The notes: a model not told the origin generated them from the sequence alone. A DNA stretch of 26,919 bases from Planctomycetota bacterium (GCA_038227875.1 JBBRPR010000089.1:1-26919); one strand, 5' to 3'. Counted from the first letter of the stretch, positions 1 through 10,118 are shown. Numbers and translations are program-made.

Positions 1-144
1 AGTTCGGCTTCCGGTTCAGATGTTTCGAGGTCACTTTGCGTTCACTTGCGTTACGGCCCGGTGACTCGCTCGCCATCCAAGATGGCTTTGTCAGTAGGCT
101 TCAGGTCATCGATTTCTCTCCTCCCTGCTACTCAAGCTATACGG
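1..144 (-). ncRNA. Group II intron domain I fragment (5'-truncated, continues off the left edge)
   Basis: Minus strand reads ...TAGCTTGAGTAGCAGGGAGGAGAGAAATCGATGACCTGAAGCCTACTGACAAAGCCATCTTGGATGGCGAGCGAGTCACCGGGCCGTAACGCAAGTGAACGC, which I recognise as the near-5' region of a common bacterial group II intron lineage. The GUGCG start is absent. Recognised from memory, not by covariance model. Confidence 0.65.
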
Positions 145-146
145 GA

Positions 147-742
147 TCAGACGATCATGTCGACCGTGCTCCCGTCGAAACGCAATCCAGAGATCATAGT
201 GGTTGTACTCCAACGCCCGTGCGGCGCAGCATCGACCATGCGCTCGCCGCCCAGCGACCGTCCATAGAGCCTCGTCATATTCGTTTTCGCACCGCTTTCG
301 TCGATAAAAACAAGCCGATTCAGATCAAGTTCGACTGCTTTATTGCGCCATGCCTCGCGCTGCTCTTTGACATCGGGACGGTCTTGTTCCGACGCCCGCA
401 AGGACTTTTTTTTAAGCGATAATCCAGGCGTTTCAGCGCCCGAAAGACGGCCATGATGCTGGCCTTCTTGCCGGTTGCATCCAGCAACTCGCGTAACGTC
501 GCATCCGGTTTTTGCTCGACGAGTTCCTGTAATTGTTGCAACGGCTGCCCGTTGAATACTGCCGTCCGACCTCCACCATGAGGCCTTGCCGCAAAGGATC
601 CTCTTGTGCGTCGCAGCCGCAACAGCTTCTTCACCCAGGAAACGCTGACGTTGAAACGCTTTGCAGCTTGCGCGCGCGACTCAGTCTTGCTGTCGCACGC
701 TGCCATAACGCGTTCTCGCAGGTCCATCGAGTAGGTTTTCAT
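147..742 (-). pseudogene. IS630 transposase (orfA 320-742 plus orfB 147-401, programmed frameshift), truncated
   Basis: Typical IS630 N-terminus and HTH. T8 at 406-413 (AAAAAAAAG on the minus strand) at the frame junction. The first catalytic Asp (FIDESG) is present, but the ORF stops after DMIV, before the second Asp and the Glu. Confidence 0.88.
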
Positions 743-786
743 ACCGATGGTATCGGCGCGTTTTCATTCAAACGTGAATTGCTCTA
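147..786 (-). mobile_element. IS630-family element, 3'-truncated (left end intact)
   Basis: Left end TA-GAGCAATTCACGTTTGAATGAAAA at 786 going downward, followed by an HTH ORF (MKTYSMDLRERV) and a DDE ORF (LVFIDESG) joined by an A8 slippery run. No right end is visible. Confidence 0.85.
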
Positions 787-1935
787 ATCCCTTGGTGGCG
801 CTGTGGATTGTCCGGGACTCAACAACGCCGGCGCGAATATGAGGCGCGGTGTGCGTGCAGCGGTTGTGCCCTCGGCCGCAAGCTCGGCGGCAACGTCGAA
901 TGCTCGGCTGACGAGATTCGATAGTCTTACCTCGACGGCAGTGATGCGCATTCCGTTTTCAACTTGTTCGAATCCATTTCTCGCTATCGTTACAATCGAA
1001 ATATCGCGAGGAACACTCATCTGAAAAAGCGCCAGTTCGCGCAAGAGCGGGCCTATAGCCGACGCTGAAGGCGCAAAAATTGCGGTGGGTCTTTCAGCGG
1101 GGGAGGCGGCGGCCCAACCCGCTACAGTGGGCGCTAGGAATTCCTTCAGGGTTCGCCTGGACCGATGTGGGACCATCAATCGCCAGGCCGGCATGATCGT
1201 TCCGCCAAACTGCCCGATGGCCGCTTCGTAGCCCAGACGCCGCGTTGTCCAGTTCGGATCCCAGGTAAAACCCGGATCGCTAAACTCTTCGGTGACCGCA
1301 AATCTGCGATGACCCATTTCGTGAAAATGGCGCGCAGCAATCGCTCCAACTTCGCGGTCGTTGTACGCGACGCTGTCGATTCCATATGCAGTTGCGTCCT
1401 GGTCGACAGCGAGGACTTTGTGCTGCTTGAGAAATGGATCGCCTTGCGCAATTGTGTCTTCGGCATCAACCAGAAGCGCAACATCAAACGTATTCCATTG
1501 GACCCGTGACAATTGAATGCGGGTCAGTTTCGGTATTGGCCGCTGCCTGTGTCGATTTGGAACTTCGACGACAGTCACGCCGCGGCGACGGGCCTCACTC
1601 ATGAGTGCGATATAGATATCGTGGTTCTCCCATTCTTGACGCGCACGCCTGGAAAGTATTGCGACACGAAGCGGTGCCGAACTGTGAGGCGATTGATTTC
1701 CGGATCGCTCACAGCCAACTCGAAACCACCCGACTCGTGCAGCCGAACGAATCACGCCGTCTTTATTGAGCGATAGAAGAGCGCGATGAATCGTCGTCGG
1801 ACTGACGCCGTACATTACGGCAAAATCCCGCTTCGAAGGCAAATGATCGCCTGGCGCAAATGACTCGCTGACCTGGCGACGCAGGTCGTCCAGGAGCTTT
1901 CGAAACAAATCCCCATTTCTATTCATGCTTATCAA
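784..1935 (-). CDS. GntR-family wHTH plus LacI-type ligand-binding domain transcriptional regulator (AraR-like architecture)
   Basis: N-terminal PGDHLPSKRDFAVMYGVSPTTIHRALLSLNKDG...GWF (GntR). C-terminal DSVAYNDREVGAIAARHFHEMGHRRFA...PTAIF...VPRDISIV (LacI family). Confidence 0.88.
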   Translation of the reverse strand: MISMNRNGDLFRKLLDDLRRQVSESFAPGDHLPSKRDFAVMYGVSPTTIHRALLSLNKDGVIRSAARVGWFRVGCERSGNQSPHSSAPLRVAILSRRARQEWENHDIYIALMSEARRRGVTVVEVPNRHRQRPIPKLTRIQLSRVQWNTFDVALLVDAEDTIAQGDPFLKQHKVLAVDQDATAYGIDSVAYNDREVGAIAARHFHEMGHRRFAVTEEFSDPGFTWDPNWTTRRLGYEAAIGQFGGTIMPAWRLMVPHRSRRTLKEFLAPTVAGWAAASPAERPTAIFAPSASAIGPLLRELALFQMSVPRDISIVTIARNGFEQVENGMRITAVEVRLSNLVSRAFDVAAELAAEGTTAARTPRLIFAPALLSPGQSTAPPRD

Positions 1936-2124
1936 TAGTAACTGAATTCAAGGTAAGCGTGACTGGTGAAATCCGCTCCACCGCGGGCGACGATCTTGCT
2001 GCACATGCACACATGTGCATCATCCGTATTTTCTTAGGACCAGAGTTGGACCAATGAAAAAATTATGATTCGCGGTTCGCCGGAATACCATTCGACCCAA
2101 CTGAATCCGATGGGAGAGAAGTTC

Positions 2125-5100
2125 ATGCGAAATAGGCAATCATCCTTTGTCTTGGCGTTCGTTTTCATAATTGCTTCGTTTTTCAGCGTACAGGCGCACG
2201 GCGCGGTGGTTTCTGCGGCCCCCTCGAACTATACGAGAATTCTGTCTTCACTCCAGCCGGGCGACACGCTCAACCTTGCGGCAGGCACCTATACCAACGA
2301 CCTTTATGTTGCCGGCTTGAATGGTTCATCCAGCGCATGGATTACCATTCAAGGACCGGCGTCGGGCCCGCCTGCATATTTCCTGGCCAATGCTTCCACC
2401 AATACGGTTGAGCTCGTCAATTGCAGCTTTCTTGCCGTCAAAAACTTGACACTGGATGGCCAGAACCAACCCGGTCCATTCGGAGTCAGCGCCAAAGGTG
2501 GCACGTCCAATCTCGTTCACGACATCCTGATTGAGAACTGTACGATTCAAAACTACAACGGCACGCAGGACACCGACGGTATCTCCACCAAGACGACCAC
2601 CTGGAACTGGACTATACGCGGTAACCGGATCGTGAGCGCCGGGACGGGATTGTATCTTGGCAATTCCGACGGCAACGATCCGTTTATTGCGGGTGTAATC
2701 GAGAACAACCTGGTTCAATTCCCGATTGGCTATTGCATGGAGATCAAGCCGCAGAATGAGTGGCCGGCCGTTGTCGGAATGCCCATTGGAACTACCACCA
2801 CGATCATCCGCAATAATGTCTTTATCAAAAATGATTCACCAAGTCCCAGCGGGGACCGGCCCAATCTGCTGGTGGACAACTTTCCGGATTCTGGAACCGG
2901 ATCGAATAATAGGTATGAAGTTTACGGTAATTTTTTCTACCATAATCCGCGAGAGTCGCTGTTTCAGTTTTCCGGCCGCGTCACAATTCATGACAATATC
3001 TTCGTAGACACGCCGAACAACGCGATCGTCGCCCAGAATCACCAATGGTCGCCAACCACCACCACCACCGCAACCTCGGTGGTCAAGCTGGCATACGTCT
3101 ACAACAATACAATATACTCGACGGGCAATGGAATCCATTTTTCTAGCGCCGCCGCGCAGGCCGACGATGTAACAGGCAACCTTGTTTTCGCAAGCACCCC
3201 CATCGGCGGGTCGATCGTCAATCAAAGCAACAATATCACGGATTCGGTCGCGAATGCGGCAAACTACGTCGCATCGCCATCGATAACTCTGGGTAGCATG
3301 AATTTTTATCCACGAGCCGGCCAATGCAGCGGCAGCGCGTTGAGCGTCTCATTATTTACCGGCGATACCGACTACAGCATCGACTTTAATGGAACATCGA
3401 AGGGATCGTTTATCTATCGTGGTGCATATTCAGGATCTGGAACAAATCCAGGATGGCAATTACAGGCGGCCAATAAACCGCTAACCGGATCAATACTGCC
3501 GCCTTCGATCACCAGCGTCCTGAGTGCCGCCGGTACTGTAGGAACTACGTTCACCTATAACATAGCCGCATCCAACAGTCCGACCAGCTTCAATGCGACG
3601 GGTTTGCCTACTGGATTGTCGGTGAACACGACGAGCGGAGTGATCTCCGGAACGCCGACAACGTCGGCAACATTAAACGTCACCATAAGCGCGACCAATG
3701 TCGGTGGAACAGGTTCAGCGACCCTAACGCTCACCATCAATGCTGCGCCGGCAAAGCCCGTGATTACGAGCGCCCTAACCGCCACCGGGACGGTAGGAAT
3801 GTTGTTCAGTTACACGATTGCGGCCAATAACACCCCCACAACCTACGGTGCGTCGGGATTGCCTGCGGGATTGTCCGTCAACACGGCTACCGGCGCAGTC
3901 TCGGGCACGCCAACAACTGCGGGAGCATCAAACGTTATTATTAGTGCGACCAATGCCGTCGGCACGGGTTCGGCTACGCTGGCGCTTACCATTAACGCAG
4001 CTCCGCCGCCGAAGCCGGTCATCACGAGCGCGCTGACCGCCGCTGGCACGGTGGGCAAGGCATTCAATTACGACATCACCGCCACCAACAGTGCGACCAG
4101 CTACAATGCGACAAGGCTGCCCGCGGGATTGTCGGTGAACACATCCACGGGAGCGATCACCGGCACGCCGACGGCGGCCGGAACAACCAATGTCACCATC
4201 AGCGGCACCAATGCGGGCGGAACGGGAACGGCGACGCTCGTTCTGACCGTTAAGCCGTTACCGCCGGCGATTACCAGTGCCTTGACAGCAACTGGAACGG
4301 TGGGATCGGCGTTCAGCTACACCATCGCGGCCAGCAACAGCCCGGCCAGCTTCAACGCCACGGGTTTGCCGGCTGGTCTGGCGGTCAATGCCAGCACGGG
4401 CGCGATTTCCGGGACGCCCACGGCGGCGGGGACATTCAATGTCACCATCGGTGCCACCAATGCCGCCGGCACGGGCACGGCGGTGCTGGTGCTGACCATG
4501 AATGCGGCCAACCGGCCGCCCGTTATCAGCTCGGCTGCCACGGCCGTGCCCAATCCCGCGACGGCCGGCCAAAGCGTCGCGTTCACCGCCGCCGCCGCCG
4601 ATCCCGACGGCGACACGCTGACGTATTCCTGGTCTTTCGGCGACAGCGCCACCGGAACCGGTGCGTCAACGTCGCATTCCTACGCAGCGGCCGGGAACTA
4701 CACCGCCACCGTCACCGTCTCGGATGGGCATGCGCACACCATTAGCAGCTCGGTAGCGGTTGTGGTCAATGCCGCGCTCGTCGCGCCATCGATCACAACG
4801 CAGCCGGCCAACCAAACGGTCACTGCCGGCCAGACGGCCACCTTTAGCGTGGAGGCTTCCGCCTCGGGGGCACTCTCCTATCAGTGGCAGAAGAATGGCG
4901 CGAATATCGCCGGCGCAACGAGTGCTTCGTGCGGCACGCCAGCCACCACGACGGCTGACAGCGGTTCGGCTTTCCGCTGCGTGGTGACCAACTCCGCCGG
5001 CAGCGCCATCAGCAACGCGGCGACGCTGACCGTCAACGCCGCGGGAACCTACGTGGCGCGGATTAATTTCCAGCCGTCAACTTCGCCTGTGCCCGCTGGA

Positions 5101-5994
5101 TACCAAATGGACAGCGGAGCGGTGTTCAATGCGGCGCGCGGCTATGGCTGGAATGTCGCGCCGGGCTATCGCGACCGCGGATCGATCAATGCCGATGCGC
5201 GCCTGGGTACGTTTGTCTTTGTGTGGGCAAAAAGTTCGGCCACCTGGACGTACGACATTCCCAACGGCAACTACCTCGTGACACTGGCCAGCGGCGATGC
5301 CAGCTACGCGCAGGGACCGCAACTGATCGCGGTTCAAGGCAATGTGGCCGTCAACAATGTCGGCACGAAGGCCAATCAGTTTGTCACCGTCACTGATTTC
5401 CCGGTCAGCGTGTTGGCTGGCCAATTGACGGTGATGATCGGCGGAACGGGATCAGGCAATACGATACTCAATTATATCAACATCAAGCCAGCGACGGCCA
5501 GCTCGGAGGCGACGGTAAGCGCGCTATTGTCATCCGAAACCAGCGCCGTACCCAGTGTAAGTCTGTCAGCGGCGCCTCTGCCGCTGGTCGTTAAGAAATT
5601 GTCGTGCGCAGTCAGTTTCAACAAGAAGGGCCACGATACGGCGGCATTCTCCGGAAAGATCTCCGGCTTGCCCAGCCTGGCCAAACTGGCAGGTCAGACA
5701 GTGCAAGTCTGGATCGGCGGCGAGCAGGCCGCATTCACGCTGGACGGCAAAGGTCATGCCAAGTCCGGCGCGGGGGCGTTGTCGATCACGAGCAGCGGCT
5801 CGATCAATGTGGTGCAGAAGGGACAAACATGGTCACAGCCATGGCCGGACGTTGGGATTGATCCCGCCGCCACCCGCGCGAATGCTAAGCTGAAGGTCAA
5901 CGTGATGCTCTCGATCAACGGAACGTTCTACTCCGGTGAAGTGACTGCGACGTATTTTGGAAAGCCAAACGTCGCAGGGAAATTTCATAACTAA
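2125..5994 (+). CDS. Large secreted multidomain protein: right-handed beta-helix, 4 putative-Ig (He_PIG-like) repeats, PKD, Ig, carbohydrate-binding-like domain and C-terminal beta domain
   Basis: Signal peptide MRNRQSSFVLAFVFIIASFFSVQAHG after a GGAGAG RBS (ATG 2125 preferred over 2065). Asn-rich beta-helix coils (LQPGDTLNLAAGTY, IRGNRI, IENNLV), GLPxGLSVNxxTGxISGTP repeats, PKD motif YSWSFGD and Ig motif YQWQKNG. Confidence 0.88.
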   Translation: MRNRQSSFVLAFVFIIASFFSVQAHGAVVSAAPSNYTRILSSLQPGDTLNLAAGTYTNDLYVAGLNGSSSAWITIQGPASGPPAYFLANASTNTVELVNCSFLAVKNLTLDGQNQPGPFGVSAKGGTSNLVHDILIENCTIQNYNGTQDTDGISTKTTTWNWTIRGNRIVSAGTGLYLGNSDGNDPFIAGVIENNLVQFPIGYCMEIKPQNEWPAVVGMPIGTTTTIIRNNVFIKNDSPSPSGDRPNLLVDNFPDSGTGSNNRYEVYGNFFYHNPRESLFQFSGRVTIHDNIFVDTPNNAIVAQNHQWSPTTTTTATSVVKLAYVYNNTIYSTGNGIHFSSAAAQADDVTGNLVFASTPIGGSIVNQSNNITDSVANAANYVASPSITLGSMNFYPRAGQCSGSALSVSLFTGDTDYSIDFNGTSKGSFIYRGAYSGSGTNPGWQLQAANKPLTGSILPPSITSVLSAAGTVGTTFTYNIAASNSPTSFNATGLPTGLSVNTTSGVISGTPTTSATLNVTISATNVGGTGSATLTLTINAAPAKPVITSALTATGTVGMLFSYTIAANNTPTTYGASGLPAGLSVNTATGAVSGTPTTAGASNVIISATNAVGTGSATLALTINAAPPPKPVITSALTAAGTVGKAFNYDITATNSATSYNATRLPAGLSVNTSTGAITGTPTAAGTTNVTISGTNAGGTGTATLVLTVKPLPPAITSALTATGTVGSAFSYTIAASNSPASFNATGLPAGLAVNASTGAISGTPTAAGTFNVTIGATNAAGTGTAVLVLTMNAANRPPVISSAATAVPNPATAGQSVAFTAAAADPDGDTLTYSWSFGDSATGTGASTSHSYAAAGNYTATVTVSDGHAHTISSSVAVVVNAALVAPSITTQPANQTVTAGQTATFSVEASASGALSYQWQKNGANIAGATSASCGTPATTTADSGSAFRCVVTNSAGSAISNAATLTVNAAGTYVARINFQPSTSPVPAGYQMDSGAVFNAARGYGWNVAPGYRDRGSINADARLGTFVFVWAKSSATWTYDIPNGNYLVTLASGDASYAQGPQLIAVQGNVAVNNVGTKANQFVTVTDFPVSVLAGQLTVMIGGTGSGNTILNYINIKPATASSEATVSALLSSETSAVPSVSLSAAPLPLVVKKLSCAVSFNKKGHDTAAFSGKISGLPSLAKLAGQTVQVWIGGEQAAFTLDGKGHAKSGAGALSITSSGSINVVQKGQTWSQPWPDVGIDPAATRANAKLKVNVMLSINGTFYSGEVTATYFGKPNVAGKFHN
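3499..4509 (+). repeat. Four tandem ~84-aa putative-Ig repeats within the large protein
   Basis: Four copies of PxITSALTAxGTVG..F.Y.I.A.N.P...A.GLPAGL.VN..TG..SGTPT.AG..NV.I.ATN..GTG.A.L.LT. Confidence 0.9.
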
Positions 5995-6222
5995 CTAAGT
6001 GCGACGATCAGGTTTGTCTCACAACAAAGAGCGACGAGTCGATCAATTCACTCGGTGACACCGTTTACTCCGCCGAACCAATGCTGCCGTATTCAGGCAA
6101 AGCCAATATCGGAGAAAAGATGCATCAAGTGAAATACAAAGCCACAGAGACACGATTGCTCCTCTTTTTGAGTGCATCTGCCTGCGGCGATTCAATGGGC
6201 GGCCAGCGTTCCTGGCTCGCGC

Positions 6223-6263
6223 TTGACAGCTTAGCACAGTCGTGAAATCATGTCTGACAAGAT
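6223..6263 (+). promoter_or_regulatory. Putative sigma70 promoter overlapped by a GntR-type operator palindrome
   Basis: TTGACA at 6223-6228, a 17-nt spacer, then TGa-AATCAT at 6243-6251. Near-perfect palindrome ATCATGTC-T-GACAAGAT at 6247-6263. Confidence 0.55.
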
Positions 6264-6336
6264 TTTCATTGGCGGCGCTGGATGCCCGAGTACGACATTG
6301 GTCGCAACTCGACGATCTTCTGGGAGAAACACTACG

Positions 6337-7608
6337 ATGCCCAAAACCAAATTCATCATCGTCGGTGTGGGCAACCGCGGACTGGGCTGCTTCGGCAAAG
6401 GTCTGCGAGGCATGATGAACAAGGGTCTGCCGGAGTTTGCGGAACGCGCGGAAGTCGCGGCGCTTGTCGACTCGAACCCGATCCGCGGCCGCGTCGGCGC
6501 CAAGGAGATCGGGCTTCCAGATCTGCTGGTTACTGGCGACATTGCCGCTGCACAGGAGGCTGTGAAGGCCGATTGGTGTATCGTCACGACGCCGGACTGC
6601 ACGCACGCCGACATCATCATAGCCGCGTTGAAAGCGGGGTTGAACGTGTTGGTCGACAAGCCGCTGGCGACCAGCGTCTGGGATTGCGACCGCGTGATCG
6701 ACCAAATGAAGCGCAGCGGCAAGGAAGTACGCGTCGGCCACAACATGCGCTACCACGATTACACCCTGGCGTGCGCCAAGGCGGTGCGCGCCGGGCGAAT
6801 TGGAGAAGTAATCTCCGTTGAGGCGGCCGAAGTGCTTGATTACTCGCACGGAGGCGACTACTTCCACCGCTGGCACTCCGACTTCCCCCAATCCGCCGGA
6901 CTGATGAATCACAAATGCTGCCATAATCTGGATATCCTCAACTGGATCCTCGACGACGATCCGGTTGAAGTCTCGGCCGGCGGAGGGCGGAGTTTCTACC
7001 GCCCGCGTCCGGATTTGCAACACGCGGAGCGTTGCGAAGGCTGCGCGATCGCAGGAGAATGTCCTCACTACTTCGACATGGACAAATGGGATGGTGTCTA
7101 CCGGCGCATGTACCGCGAGGCCGAGGGCGAAGGCGGATACGTCCGCGACCGCTGCGTTTTTTCCGACCGGCACACGATTAACGATCACGAGGCGCTCCGA
7201 ATCCGCTACAAGAAGGGGACGCTCGCTGCGTTTTCACTGGTGACATTTGCACCGCGCGAGTTCTGGTACTTCTACTTCACTGGTACGAAAGGCCGCGCGG
7301 AACTGGGAGTTAACTCGCACGACGGTCAGGTCTTCCTACGGATCCTCAATCCAGACGGGGCGACGGAGCACATTAAGTGTTCACATGGTTCGGGTGAACA
7401 CGGCCACGGCGGTGCGGACATTGAATTGATCGCCGACATTCTTGGCATGGGCCGCAGCGATCCGCTGCAGCGCGCGCTGCCGGAGGAGGCGCGGCGCGCA
7501 GTTCTGATTGCTGATCTCGCCGCGCGCTCAATCGCCGCAGGCGGACGGATCGTTCGTTGCGACGAGGCTGGAAAAGATAGGCCGTCCGCGCCACCGCAGC
7601 CCCGCTGA
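6337..7608 (+). CDS. Gfo/Idh/MocA-family NAD(P)-dependent oxidoreductase (YteT-like)
   Basis: Motifs IIVGVGNRG, VTTPDCTHADI, VLVDKPLA, GHNMRY, HGGDYFHRWH...HKCCHNLD and C-terminal GHGGAD. ATG 6337 follows GGGAG. Confidence 0.92.
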   Translation: MPKTKFIIVGVGNRGLGCFGKGLRGMMNKGLPEFAERAEVAALVDSNPIRGRVGAKEIGLPDLLVTGDIAAAQEAVKADWCIVTTPDCTHADIIIAALKAGLNVLVDKPLATSVWDCDRVIDQMKRSGKEVRVGHNMRYHDYTLACAKAVRAGRIGEVISVEAAEVLDYSHGGDYFHRWHSDFPQSAGLMNHKCCHNLDILNWILDDDPVEVSAGGGRSFYRPRPDLQHAERCEGCAIAGECPHYFDMDKWDGVYRRMYREAEGEGGYVRDRCVFSDRHTINDHEALRIRYKKGTLAAFSLVTFAPREFWYFYFTGTKGRAELGVNSHDGQVFLRILNPDGATEHIKCSHGSGEHGHGGADIELIADILGMGRSDPLQRALPEEARRAVLIADLAARSIAAGGRIVRCDEAGKDRPSAPPQPR

Positions 7609-7641
7609 GACTTCGATCGCACTCTGTCAACGGGAGGATGA

Positions 7642-8262
7642 ATGGCGCTCAACACAACTACAATCAAACGCATGCGCGAAGCGGGGCTCAACGGCGCAAG
7701 ATGGTTCAGCAACAGCCAAGTTAGGATGGAGAAGCCGTACTGGGACGCGAACCATGGCCGATTTATTTACGACCGCCATCTGCCCTCAGGCAAGACGGTG
7801 CTCGGGCTGAACTGGACACAGGGACGCGGGATTTTCTGCCTGCTCGCGGCGTGGGAGCTTTGTGGAGAAACGGAACTGCTCGAAAGCGCGATCCACGCCG
7901 CGAACTACATCAAAATATTGCAGATTTACGATTGCCCGGACAACTCACGCCGCCAGGTTGCCATCAGGGAAGAAGTACCGCAAAGTTGGAGATCGGCGCC
8001 GCGCGACGCCACAGAAGCGGCGCTGGGACTGTTGTTTCTCTATCGTGTGACGGGCAATTCAGAATTACTACGGCGCGTGGTCGATTACCAGCAGCGATGG
8101 TTGGTTGGAAACAGCCGCCGAACTGCGCTGCACTGCCGGAACACGTTACGCACGTGGCGCCGTGGATTGGGAACGGTTGTGCAACCGGCTAGTAATATGG
8201 AATTTTTCATAGCGCTACATTTCATCCGGCATAGGCGAAAGGAACGTGAATGGCAATATTGA
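7642..8262 (+). pseudogene. Hypothetical alpha/alpha-toroid (six-hairpin-like) protein, probably truncated or internally deleted
   Basis: GGAGG RBS. Helical-hairpin motifs LLAAWELCGETELLESAIHAANYI and LLFLYRVTGNSELLRR. After about residue 153 the sequence looks non-coding-like, and the protein is too short for a full barrel. Confidence 0.5.
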
Positions 8263-9968
8263 AAGACAAGGCCGTCAGGCACCTCGCTAAACACGTTGAT
8301 GAGATCATTTCCAAGCAGAATGATAAGGGTGAGTTCTTTCCCGACGCGTATTTTGTTCCGTCGTATCCCACCAGCTATCAACAGTTTGCCTATTACCCAC
8401 TCGCGTGGCTGTACGTGTTGAATCATCCAGAAAATCCGTGGATGGGGAACGGCCGGCTTCTGGCCGCCGTCGAGCGCTCACTACGAAACAATCTGGCGAT
8501 TATGCAGCCCGATGGACGAACGTTGGACTCAAGCCACGATCATTCGCCAGAACCGCGCGCGAGCAATTGGCGCAATTTCACATGGCTTCGCACATGGGAC
8601 CTAATAGGTGAACATCTGGATAAGAAACTTGCTGCCGAGACTGTGGCCGCCATGACCACGATTTTTGACGCGCAGCGCCATGAAGCTGAAAAGGCAGTCA
8701 ACGAAAAAGGCTTCCGCGAGAACAGCAACGTGCGAAATCACCCCGTCTGGCACTTGCTCGCGACATATGCTCTGGCGAAGAAGCTTGGCCGCCAGAAGGA
8801 TCTTAATTGGGTCGCACAGGAGTTCGAAAAAATCGCCGCCTGCCAGCATCCCGTGGGCTGCTGGTTCGAGCACGACGGTCCCGTGCCTGTTTATCAGCAC
8901 GTCACAATAAACGGCCTATCGCACTATCAGCATCTCAGCCAATCAAAGCTCGTGACAGCGGCGCTCGATAAGGCGCTTTCATTTGAGCGCCTGTTTCTGT
9001 ATCCGAACGGCGTGCCCGTTGAGACCATCGATGGCCGCACGCGGTACACCGGCTACTGCATGTCGATCCTCTGTGCTGCGTGGGCGCCGTCGGAGCAGGG
9101 CAGGGCAATGTTGCACTTCCAGCTAGACAGGCTGCTTGAGCAGCCGCTCGGCGGCGGATACCAGGTTCATGGCGGCTGGTTGGGCCTGCCATTCTTCACG
9201 CAGTTTGCGCGCGATCTTCCCGACACTGAGCCTGCAGAGACGACGCGGCCATCGGCGCTCGCGGGCGATGGCGTACATGAACCCGAACAATTGCCGGTTC
9301 GCGTGATTCGCAAGGGTCCCTGGACAGTGGTGCTGTCGGCATTTACACGAAAAGAAGATCCGCAGCAGCGCTGGATGCTGGACTACCAGTCCCACCTTTC
9401 GGTGTTTCACGAGCACGCGGGCCTCATAATCGGAGGCGGCGGTGCGAAGCGGCAGGCAGAATATTCACTGTTCAATGGAGATTTCCGACCGCTTGGATTG
9501 CCGACGCTGGCCATCTCCGGCGCCGCCGAGACGACAGGAAAGAGCGCGGCGCGAATCAGTCTTCGATTTTCCACCTACGTCGCGAGTGTCGAAGCTCGCA
9601 TTGAGAACGATGCAGTAACGCTGATCGCGCGTGTCGATATTAATGAAGGTGCGCGCTACGATTCTTCGATTTACATGCAGTTGCCATTCCTGATGGAGGG
9701 GCCTGAACCGGTCACGACCGGAAGCGCGACGCGACGCGAAGCGGATCTTCAGGACGAGATTCTGGCAGAGGAGCTAAAAGACTCCATCGGACGCGAAGGA
9801 AAATTTACAATCACCGGCTTGAAGGGCGCTCATGCGCTGCTGCGCGTCATGCCGTACAATACGCATTGGCGTGACGGCCGCTCGCCCGCGGGAAAAATGA
9901 TGGGAATCGTAGCGCAGCCATTGGCATCAGGGGTGGCGCGCGAACTTACGATAAAGGTTCCAGACTAA
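8250..9968 (+). CDS. Hypothetical protein with N-terminal alpha/alpha barrel and C-terminal beta-sandwich (polysaccharide-lyase/heparinase-like architecture)
   Basis: 572-aa ORF with an AAGGA RBS. NHPVW, QHPVGCWFEHDGPVPVYQ and YPNG..E..DGR motifs in a helical N-half, with a beta-rich C-half. Function is inferred only. Confidence 0.7.
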   Translation: MAILKDKAVRHLAKHVDEIISKQNDKGEFFPDAYFVPSYPTSYQQFAYYPLAWLYVLNHPENPWMGNGRLLAAVERSLRNNLAIMQPDGRTLDSSHDHSPEPRASNWRNFTWLRTWDLIGEHLDKKLAAETVAAMTTIFDAQRHEAEKAVNEKGFRENSNVRNHPVWHLLATYALAKKLGRQKDLNWVAQEFEKIAACQHPVGCWFEHDGPVPVYQHVTINGLSHYQHLSQSKLVTAALDKALSFERLFLYPNGVPVETIDGRTRYTGYCMSILCAAWAPSEQGRAMLHFQLDRLLEQPLGGGYQVHGGWLGLPFFTQFARDLPDTEPAETTRPSALAGDGVHEPEQLPVRVIRKGPWTVVLSAFTRKEDPQQRWMLDYQSHLSVFHEHAGLIIGGGGAKRQAEYSLFNGDFRPLGLPTLAISGAAETTGKSAARISLRFSTYVASVEARIENDAVTLIARVDINEGARYDSSIYMQLPFLMEGPEPVTTGSATRREADLQDEILAEELKDSIGREGKFTITGLKGAHALLRVMPYNTHWRDGRSPAGKMMGIVAQPLASGVARELTIKVPD

Positions 9969-9991
9969 GGACGGCGGCGTCCGCCTTCCTT
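9967..9991 (+). terminator. Hairpin directly after the stop codon, possible terminator or stabiliser
   Basis: AAGGA-c-GGCGG-cgt-CCGCC-t-TCCTT. There is no strong U-tract. Confidence 0.3.
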
Positions 9992-10118
9992 ACATCGGTA
10001 ATATCGACCCGTCGTGCACGAAAATTTCATCGAGGATCCAATCAAATAGGACAAACACCCGAGCGACCAAACCCGTCCGCCTAACTAAACTAACTATTAA
10101 CCAAGAGAGAGGTCTTCT

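Noticed and set aside
3055..3069. (ACC)5 microsatellite as a phase-variation site
   Set aside because: It is a short in-frame trinucleotide run encoding a Thr stretch, so slippage would not shift the frame.
3499..4509. CRISPR or non-coding repeat array
   Set aside because: The repeats are ~250-bp diverged in-frame protein domains. No CRISPR-like repeat/spacer array was seen anywhere in the window.
6043..7188. 381-aa minus-strand ORF
   Set aside because: It is the antisense shadow of the well-supported oxidoreductase and has no recognisable motifs.
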